Source: Hydrolagus colliei (taxonomy: Eukaryota). From it: a stretch of 64,000 nucleotides of DNA. The translations under genes were made by a program, and so were the position numbers. Shown one piece after another: positions 12,401 to 23,400 of the stretch (the first letter of the stretch is position 1; each line of letters starts with the position of its first letter). Location of the stretch: contig CM068747.1 of NCBI GenBank assembly GCA_035084275.1, positions 1,550,001-1,614,000 of the forward strand, written 5' to 3'. The notes under the pieces are model-generated. The model was not told the DNA's origin. It searched no databases and saw only the letters and a list, made by a program, of their open reading frames with translations.

Positions 12401-14418
12401 GGCTCTCGCAACTCGATTCTCCTGACCGGTCTGATTCCAGGCACCGAGTACGTCGTCAGTGTCTTCGCTCGTAAAGGCCCTCAGGAAAGCCACCCTCTGG
12501 TCGGCCACCATTCCACAAGTAAGCGTTGGGGGGGGGTCAAGACAAGACCGTTTGGATAACTTGAGCACAAGATGTTCTACCATTGAATGCGTAACTGACT
12601 GGGAGGAATAATAACAATAATAATCCTTGTATTTGACACAGCGCCTTTTCACGTGTTTGAGACGTCGCCCAACGCACTTCACCAAATGTACTGTAAGGTG
12701 AATTGACTAAATTTTGTGGTTGGAATGCAGCAGCCAATTGTGCACAGCATGGTCCTACCACAGATATGGATAAAGTTACCACAATTTTTTTTTGTAAAGT
12801 AACTTCGGGACTTTTATTAGCATTGCTCTGCAGGTTTCAGATTACACATCACATCACCCAAGCATCGGCCAGTTTCATATGGCCCTTGTCCTATCTGCCC
12901 CACCATCGGTGGGTGGGCTGGCTTTCAGCTATGGTGCTCCCACTCTCTGGAAATCTTTTCTGGAGGTTTTCCCCTCCTCCCCTCCCCTCTTTCAAGGCCT
13001 TGTCTTAAAACATACCACTTTGGTGATTTTATAAATGTTAATTTGAATTGTTTATTAAAGGGCTAATCTTATTTCAACATAGAATTGTAGAAAATTGCAG
13101 CTCAGAAGGAGGCCATTCCACCCATGGTGCATCAGCTGGTACAAGGTCTTCCATTGATATTGTAACCCCAATTCCCTGCAATGTATCTGTATCCTTTTAT
13201 ATAATGCCATACATCTCTTCAAGTGGAGAGGATGTTTCAAACCTCTTATTCTTCCTATTCATCCAATTCCCGACAAATATTTTTGTGGTCTCGGCCTCAT
13301 ATCCGCTGAATTATCGTATTGTCTTCTCTTCCTCCAGCTTCTGATTCCCCAGTTGATCTAGAGTTTACCAGTTCGACTCCAAAAACCTTGACCATCAGGT
13401 GGACTCCTCCTCCAGTGGCCGTCAGATATTACAGGATAACTTATGGCGAGACAGGTCAGTAATGGTTCAGTACTTCCATAATTCACAAAATGAGAGATAA
13501 GATATATTGGAAATGAGTTAGTTTTTAAGTAACTATTCCCCGCTTCAATTTCTGTGGAACAGTGAAAATATTTAATGGTGTAAAGCATGAAAATAAGGAG
13601 TATTATTGATTCCTTCGAAGGAATATACATAAGGAAAGGGTCTTTTACAAGAGAAAATGCAGGGAGAGGCATATTCTGTTCCTGACGCAGGGAAATTTCC
13701 ATGTGGATACATATGTGGATACACTTAATATGGTTTATGTGGTTGTCAGAAAGGTAGGGGAGTGTCACATTCTTATATATTAAATAAAAGGGAGTTTGAA
13801 GCTCAGGGAGGTTGAGCAGTTTGGAACTGCAGGAATGAAGACGTTGATGGGAGCCAAGGAATATGGCCTCCGTCTTGTCCATGTCCAACTGCAGGAAATT
13901 TACACTCATCCGTTGCCTTGATGTCTGCCAGACAAGCTATTAGAACATCGGCAGATCTGTACATACATGTAATAAGTGCTCCTGTGTGAAGTAAAGGTAT
14001 TTTAGTTCAAAGTGATGCCTTTCATTCTGTGTTCTGAACAACTGCTGCCAGAACTTTTCCAATCCCAATTAAGGTGTTCCATCAATGATCTCACATAGTC
14101 AGAATGCTTGCCCATCAAACTCCTCATTATTTGTGTCACGAAAGAGACTTGAGGAAGACCGAATGCTTGCTGATGCATTAGTGGCTCTAGTCTAGATGAT
14201 CCATTTTGCCTTTTTTCATAGGAGAGCGTAAGCCTGTGAGAGAGACCACGGTGCCCGGTGGAGAGTCATCCACTACCCTCCACAACCTGAGACCTGGTAC
14301 TGAGTACAAAGTAACTGTTTACGCTGTGGCTGGTCGTGGGGACAGCCCAGCATCCAGCAAACCCGTTGAGGGCATTGAGAGAACAGGTAGGCGAGGAAGC
14401 AAAAATATAACACTGACT

Positions 14419-14459
<41 letters not shown>

Positions 14460-17400
14460 AGAGGGAGAGTGGTGGCGGGCGGGGGTGGATGGGGGAAGTG
14501 CAGAGTGTGAGTGAATTGTGAGTGAGAGAATGAACAAATGCTAGCAAAAACTGAGCTTCCGAGATTATCTGATCCCAGAGCGGAGTGTAAGGAATGACGA
14601 TACTGAATAATACAAATTAGCCCCGATTGTTACATCGGTACCAGTGTTCAGTGCAATATTAATATTGTCAAAACTCCTTTATTGACTATTGACTGCTTTT
14701 ACTGTTACAGAGATTGACATGCCAACTGATCTAGAGGTCAACGAAGGTCAAGGGAACAGACTGACAGTCAGATGGAGGCCGCCTGTTGCCCCAATCACAG
14801 GCTACAGGGTCACAAGTGTCCCCAAGGATGGTCAGGGCCTTCCTTTAACCAAAACAGTCCCTGCGGGTCAGTAACCAGTTCCTATTGTCAGTGGGAGGAG
14901 GAGAATCAGATGGGGAACTTAATACTGAATCTCTGGTTGTGGGTGTAGATGGGGCAAAATTCCACGTGGGATATTAGTTTGTCCAGAATTTGGCAAATTG
15001 TTAAATTAAGTCTTCCATTTTTTAAATGGAGTTTCCAGCAGTTCTTAAAATCCCAGCTTCTAAACTAACGCTGCATTGCTCTGCGTGCCCTGAAATGCTA
15101 CGTAAATAAGGTGTAATCTAAACCCAGGTGGAATTTTACCTCGGAATCTATGGTTTAGTGTAGAATTCTGCAGGTAAGGTATTTGAGGGGATGGGGAAAG
15201 AGTTGCGAGTAGGATAGTTTGTCTTTGTTGGAGGAGTAAACATTACGCGGTAAGATCTGGTATCATTCCACAGATAAAGCAACAATGAACTGATTTTAAA
15301 CATGCCTTATATTAGACCTGAAATTCCACCTCGTCTTAGCCCGCAAGGCCATTGTGGAACATTCTTTAATTCATCCCATCATTTGGAAACGCTTTTTCTG
15401 CAATTCTTTTTTTTAATAAAAAGCTTTCAAATTCAGTCAGAATTTAAGAATGGTTTACGATTTTGCACTTTTTAACCGTTTTTTTCAAATGCTCAGCATC
15501 CAGATGTTCAATGTATTGGGAATAGGAAAGGAGGAAACGGGACAACAAATAAGTAATAATGAGTAAAATAGTTGGGAGTGACATACAATAACAGATAGTG
15601 GTAAATACCATGATGTTCGCAGGAATATCTGATATGGCATTTGTTGTGTAGCAAACGCACAATTTTAATTAATTATTTTTATGTGAATTTTTAATTAATT
15701 TCCAGAATATTTATCGCGCAGAATTCAACTGTAGGGGTGTTACACGGGGACATAGCAGTGATACCCATGATTATGTTATGTGTCTTTGTCGTTTCCAGAT
15801 CAAACCACGGTGACCTTCGAGGGCTTAATGCCAACAGTGGAGTACCTGGTTAGTGTGTCTGCACTGGGTGAGAGGGGAGAGAGCCCACCCCTGACAGAAA
15901 CGACCTTCACCAGTATGTATTCCCATCCGTTTCATTGATAAACCACTATGAAACAACCCCCTTCCTATTTGGAAAGCCATTTTGACAGACTTGTGTGCTC
16001 CCTCCCTGCGCCTTGCCTTTACCCCAGTTTGAACTGCAATGAACTGTTTTTTTTAACTTGTGTTCTGTGCCAAGTTGGGGGAATTGACTTTTAAGAAAAG
16101 ACTGTATCCTTCAGTTGTCTGGCTCCTTGTGTATGGAAATGAGGCAAATCGTTTTGTCCTTGTGTCCATTGATTCCAACGTTTACATGCGACGATTTGCC
16201 CAGAATCTCAGTACCACGTCTGTGCAGGTTTCTCTCCACACCCCCCCCCCCCCCCCCAACCCCACCTCCCCTCCCCACCCACCACCCCAACTTTGCTGCT
16301 AGCTTTGTGTGCAATGCCTCCTTACGCTTCCCGCCCTCCAGATTAGATGCCAGCCACGCTGTGACCTGATCTTCCCTCTTGAGAGGGACAGACGGTGCAA
16401 AATCGCCTTACTATCCCAACAAGCGGTTAGCTAACTGCGTAGTGCATGCCGTGCTATTTCCAAAGCCTGCCGCAATGAACAATTAGATCGCTTCGAGCTT
16501 TTCAATCTGTGCTCTCTCTCTCTCTCTCTCTCTCATGCCTGTAGTGATATGGCTGCTGTTTGGATATTGTTTTTGAAATGAGCCAGGTTTCTAGTGCATT
16601 GAAGAGGCTGTTCTGGGAGGGGGAGGTGGGGTAGGGGGAGGTCAGCTCAAGAGGCTTTGGGCTTCATGCTAAGCTCTTCAATGCACTGATTAAAAAAAAA
16701 GAGAGAAAATAACTTCAGAGCGTTTGCTTAATGCCCTGGAGTCATAAACAGCAGCAAGGTTAGCGAGAGAGAGAATAAACGCTGCTTAACTTTGCTTCCC
16801 ATTATCTTGCCTCGCAGCCATTGATCGTCCGAAAGGACTCACGTTCACAGATGTTGATGTTGATTTCATCAAAATTGCTTGGGAGAGCCCTGAGGGTCAG
16901 GTCACTAGCTACAGGGTGACCTACTCAAGCCTTGAGGATGGAATGCGTGAGGTTGTGCCAGCACCTGAGTCTGAGGATGATTCTGCTGAGCTGAAGGGTT
17001 TGAGGCCTGGCACAGAGTACATAGTGAGCGTATATGCCCTGTACCTTGACCAGCAAAGTTTGCCTCTGACAGGCAATCAGAGTACAGGTATGTGCTGGCA
17101 TAGTAATGATTTCTGTAAGATTATTAGACGCACAGTGGATGGCTCCCAGCAGTGCACCAGTTACTCTCTCGTGCTCTCATGCCAAGACAATCAGATGGCA
17201 GCATTGAAGGATCCAAAAAAGATAAGAAATTCCTAACTTGTATTGGAAGTGGAACAGAAATGTGTAACAGGGAGGGAGGGAGGGAGCGAGGGAGGGAGGG
17301 AGGGAGGGTGGGTGGTATGAGTGTCAACCGCTTCAGTAGAATCTTCACCCAAATTCATTTGAAGCACTATTAATACCAGGTCCATGCCACTTCCTGATAA

Positions 17401-20400
17401 CTATGCCCAATTAGTTATGCTGAAGTAACAAAGCCCAGGTAAATGTGATCAGGCATCTAGTTACTAAATCTTGTTACACACACCCTCATTCCGCCTGGTG
17501 CCTGGTTTCCCCTTATTCCCTCCTGACCTACAAATGAGAATTCAGAGTTTGAACTCTAGCCTGTAACGAGACCACCAAGCCCAGCACATGTAATCAACAC
17601 TTTCACAATGTTAGACAAAAAAAAAAACAGCTCAGCAAATGTGAAGGAAAATTCCACACTTCAAAATTAACTGAAGTACCAAAATTAAAACCACCCCCCC
17701 AGGAAATCCTGTTCATACCATTCATCTTTAGCCAGAGGTAACGTGAACTGCACAGTTGTATTTAGCCAACCTTACTGCTGCATCCATTATAATAACTACA
17801 TGGACATTTAGTACTTTCACAGTGTGCTCCCATTATCTGAGTAGTTTGGATCAGTCCACATTTATATACTGCTCAATAATTTTTCCACTTACCGTTATCT
17901 TCAAATACATAAGTCACTATCCATTACAGTAAATGCTATGAAAGGGCTTTGAGACATCCTCCTGCCATGAAAGGCACAATATGAAATGTAAGGTCTATTA
18001 TCCCATGTTTGTGCAAATGTCTCAGTGACGACCCTGGTTTCAGAATTGGGATAACCCCAAGTCAACCTCTTAACCTCTAGAAGAGCATAATCCTATTGAC
18101 TACCCCCACCCACTGCCTTCTTCCCCACCCCACCACGAAACACACACACACAAACACTTCATCTGGTTAGAATCATGGCAAGTTTCCAAGTAGGCTTTAG
18201 TGGCATGAGTGGCAGGAAACCGTAGCTTGGTGATTTGGATCAAGACATGAACATTTCTCAAACTAGTTCCTTCTGAGTTAAGTTTTTTTAAAAAACATTA
18301 AATGTTGAGTAAATTATTAATCAAAAGGAAATGTCAAGCAGCTTAATCCACAAACTCATCTCAAGAAGTGAGCTACACAGCAGGAGTCTTGTGGATTAAA
18401 TGGCTGTGCGTCACTTCTGGCAAACTTCGCAAAGAAGCCTCACTTGCTGCCCTGCCCTGCCCTGCTCTGCCCTGCCCTGCCCTGCCTAGCTTGTTCTGCT
18501 TTTACCTTCTCCCTGTGTGCATGTTTGCCTTTAAACCCCTCAAGCCCTGGTGCAGAAACGTTCTCTGGTGAGAAATACTTTATAGACGTTCTCAATCGAC
18601 TGCGACCATTTGTAACCAGAGCTGCGCTGGAGTATGAAGTATTTGCTTCACAAACAATCCAGCGCTGATGCAGAGGCAGAGCTTTCGTTGGATATATTTT
18701 AATGAGAAGTTGCCTATTCCATACAGGCAGCCCAGTAAAACTAGCCCTTCCCAGATGTTGTCAGTGATTCCAGCCGGGAGACGTGGCTATTTATGTAAAT
18801 CGGTCACGATTGGGAATGTTTCCGCAGGATGCCCTTTTACTGATTGACATTTTGGTTGCTTCACCCCCGCAGCCATTCCTTCCCCCACTGACCTGGAGTA
18901 TGTACAGGTAACTCCGACCAGCATGACCATTAGCTGGCACGCACCCACACCTCAGCTGACCGGTTATCGTGTAGTGGTCACCCCGAGGGAGAAAACCGGT
19001 CCAACCAAAGAGCTAAATATCAGTCCGGATAACACCAGCGCCACCGTCTCTGGCTTGATGGTGAGTTACAGTTTCCCTGTCTCATCTGGATTTGATCATT
19101 TTATATAATTTCTTAAGGTGTTGTTTTGTTTAGCACGGTTGCCTTTTCTATTAAACGCGTGTATAAACAAAATAAAAGTCAAAGCAAATTTAAGAACCAT
19201 TTTTGTTTCTCTTTCCCCACCACCTACCCACCCCCATTGCCCCCCCCCCCCCCCCCCTCTCAGGTTGCAACTAGATATAACATCTTTATCTATGCCATCA
19301 AAGACTCGTTGAGCAGCAGACCCCTGCAAGGCATTAAAGCAACGCTCGACAGTACGTGTTTTCCTTTCCTCTTTCTTCAGCCTTGAAATGTGCCTCCCCC
19401 CACCCTCCTCCTCCCCCTCCCCACCCCCCCTCTCTCTCTCTCTCTCTTCATTGCTAACCTGGCTCTTCTGTGTTGTCTTAGACGTCAGCTCACCCCGCAG
19501 AGTCCGACTGAGTGGGGTCACCGAAACCAGCATTACCCTGCAGTGGCGCACAAAGTCATCTGAGACCATCACTGGCTTCCAGATCGATGCAGTGCCTTCT
19601 GGCAGCAGGAGCCCTGTCCAGAGAACTGTATCTCCTGACCAGAGAGTGTACACCATTACCGGTAAAGTAAAAAGAGTCTTACATTGCTTTAGACAGACCT
19701 TGGCCGCAGCGTATTGCCCCAATCCCACCACTGTTGGGAAGTCAGGCCCCTGGCAGGAATATAATGACGATAACAATAATCCTTGCAATTGTATGTTACC
19801 AGTCTTATCTTGTAAGGATTTTATTCTGAACTGGAGAGACTGTAGACATTGTAGGCCAATGTGCGCAGTAATGTCCCACAAGTAGCCGTGAATTGAAGGC
19901 TAAAAGATATTCTGAGTTTCCAGCAGACCCTTTGCACAGTGATTGTCCTTCGTTTCGTACGTTACTTTGATCTTGAGAGGTTTGGGCGATGAAGGCCCTT
20001 ATGTCCCACAAACAACCATGAAGTGAATGAATACAAACGTTTTTACCTGGGCGGTTGTTGGCCAGAACAACGGAAGACATTTCCTTGTCGTCGTTTTGAG
20101 CAGTATCATTGAATATTTAACATCTACTTGAGCAGGCGTGTGAGACCTCGGTCACGAGCGATATTCTGTGTTTGTGTGTATTACAACTTTGTTCTGATTT
20201 TCTCTCTTCCTCAGGCCTTTTGCCTGGCACCGAATATAATATCCACATTTACACTCTCAGTGGGAATTCTCGCAGCCCACCCACCACTGTCATTGCTAAA
20301 ACCGGTGAGTAAGGTGTTATAGTAATAATAATACTTGCGTTTGATGTAGCGCTTTTCACGTCTTCTAGACGTCTGTAAAATGGATTGACTGTATATTTGT

Positions 20401-23400
20401 GGGTGAAACACGGCAGCCAGTTGCGCATAGGTATGTTCCACAAACAGTCGTGGATTGAAATTACTCAATTTATTATAAAGCATTGTGCGCTTTTATTGTA
20501 GGAAATGGGATGGGTTTCATGTTATTTTTGGCCAGGGTTTTTCCTCCACAGTTCTTAAAAAGGGGACAGCTTCCAATTTAACAATTTTCCATAACTGCAC
20601 AACATTAAATCTTAAGTCAAAATGTGTTTTTGCCAGCCAAGACCGAGTGGGATTTCAGGCCTCAGACTTGAAAGTCGGAAGTGTCTATTTTCAGTTGTAT
20701 TTCCTAAGCTGTATTTTTACTGTGAGTGGGTCTTGTGTGTGAAGAGGTAAAATCGATTTGAGATCATTATTTTCCCCTCCCCTTTAGGTATCGATTCTCC
20801 ATCAAACCTCCGGTTCATCTCGGCCACGACTGATACCATCATTTTCACATGGCAGCCACCGAGAGCTCAGATCACCGGCTACGTTGTCACCTATCACCCC
20901 AAGGGAGGGCGGCCCATACTTCTCAAGCCACAGCCAGCGGTGACTGCCAGAGAAGCTGTGATCCCAGGTACACAACAGACTCAACCAAGCGTGCAAACCA
21001 GCATCAAGCTGGTTCATCGTATCAGTCCAGGGTCCTGGCCTCTGCCACCCCACGTGGTAAGCAATTCCACAATTATAAACCTACAATACTCTGCTCCATT
21101 TTCAACAGGTCTTCAGGCTGGGACCGAGTACTACATCTACATTAAAGCAATTCAGAATAATCTACAAAGTGAACCTCTGAGTGGAAGGAAGTTCACAGGT
21201 AAGGGAATCTCTTAGTGAAGTTAAGAGATCGAATTACTTACGTACGTATAGCTTGAGCAGGTCATTCATTCAATCTACACGGAAACTACTCGTGGCCTAA
21301 AATCTGACGGCAGAAACCTCTGTTTACGACCAAATCTTTTCAGTGTTGGAGACTCGTTATTTAAGATTATACAAATGCTAAGATTAATTTTGACTTAAAT
21401 ATTATGTTAGTTTATGACTTTTTAAACCCTCAGCACCCCAACGGTAGAAACAGTTGTGTGCGGAAGTCCACATTCACTTAGATCCTTAAGACATCAAAGA
21501 CCTAAAAATCCTCTTTAATCCTCATTTTTGTTTAGAAATGACACAGAATGGTGTGGTTTCAATGAGTTTGCAATTTTGAAGCCAGTTTGTTTTTAAGAAC
21601 CGGAGATTAAAGTGGCTTCTAAATTAAGAATTGATTTGCTATTGTTCCACACTTCCACGGGATGTCATATTTTAAGATAAAAGTAGTTTTGGGAGGCTGA
21701 GCCTGGGTGGATTTCCGGCCCTGCTGATCAATACGGTGAACACAAAGTTCGTGGTCGCTTGGTGAAGCTGAGAAACACTTAGTATGAATCAGGACTAACT
21801 CGAGGGGCCTCCTTCTATAGAACTCTACTCGTGCTATCTAACGTGAGGCAGTGTAGAATTACATACAGGAATACATCTAACCTTTCAACCCGGTGATTGT
21901 AGCAGTAAAACTATTGTAAACGCAATTGAGTGAGCATTCTCCAGCTGGAACCGTTCTTGAATTGAGTAGGTAATGTCGCGCTAACGTTTGAAGCTGGTCT
22001 TTTTTCTCGGTATGATGTACAGACTCGTGACACATTTCGGATGAATCCTTTGGAAATATTGTTCCCCACTCAGCTGACCCAATTTAACTCTTGCACAGGG
22101 CAGATGTTCTTGCTTCTGTAACGCCTCATAGCAGTTTGCAAAGGACGGCTTGAGAGTTTGCCTGCGAGAGGCTTGCTGCAAAGTCGCTTCCTGTAAAACC
22201 TTGCTTTGAAATCTTTTTTCTTTCTTTGAATACGCCGGCTGTCATGTGCTTTGTACAGCGATATTCAACAGCTTGCAAAGGATACAAATGGGACAGAAAT
22301 TCCATTCAGCAAAAGGCGTAATGCATTTGGCAATGCGCTGCTCTCAATGGGGACATCTCATTCGTGCCAACCGTTGGTAAAAGATGCCTCGCATAATCTT
22401 GTTTGGAATTTCCTCAGTTAATGTGCTAGAAAGTTACATTTGGATGTTGATAAACTCAATAGCTATTATCAACTCATTGTCCTGCTTTGGGCCAACCCTG
22501 AAACAATGGTTGTGTTTATTAATTGCCGCTGGCCACAGTTCCTAACCGCCCTGGCTTCTCTTCTGCTTCTCAAGCCTCCACTCCACAGCTTGCCACCCTC
22601 TCCCCACACTTAAACCCTGACCGAGTGGACATTCTGCCCTTCTACGATCAGTCAGAGCTTATCTCCAACCCCAGATATGATGAGAGGAATCATGTGCCAA
22701 TTACAGGAGTAACTGACCAGGGTTTGGGTATAGATGCGCAGCGGCCACCGTTAGTTGACGATCAACGTGGGCCGAGGCAACCGGGAGAGACAGACGACCG
22801 ATACAGGCCTGAGCTAGGTCCCCACATGGATAAGGCAATCACTCCTGGCCAGCCACCGATCACCAATCACGGTCTGACGGATCGTCCGGAGAATCGTAAG
22901 CCTTATCCACCAAGGGTGACCGTGCAGGGGAGAGTGGAGGAAACGGGGCAGAATCCTCCGCCCAACCGTGTGTTAGTAGTGGATGAGACTCTCCCTCCAC
23001 TCCGGCTGCGACCCGAACATAACCAGACCGGTGAGGAGGCACAGCAGTCGAGAACCATCATCTCCTGGAGGCCGGTCACTGTCGCCTCCGAGTACTTGGT
23101 GTCCTGTCATCCCGTGGGCCGGGAAGAAGATATGTACCAGGTAATTCAACCAATAGAACCAATAGAACTAAGCACCCGTCCTTACACACAATGTTATATA
23201 CAAAAGCTGAAGCTACAATTGTGTCCTTGTTTGTTGAGTAAGGCATTAGTTGTGCTCTATAGTGTAACCCTAACCACCACCCCCTCCCAAGGTGAGACCG
23301 AAATATTCACAAGAGCTTTCTGCCTAACAGATTTCTTTTTTCGTGGGGTTGATATTTAACAGTCAGGTACATGAACCCTGGCATTGTTCCCATCTCCTAA

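Noticed and set aside
19096-19881. 261-aa antisense ORF
   Set aside because: Antisense to two FN1 exons and low-complexity tracts; a shadow ORF
23141-23359. ORF continuation past the V/III-15a donor
   Set aside because: Homology stops at CAG|gtaatt and resumes at exon 24116; no evidence for intron retention
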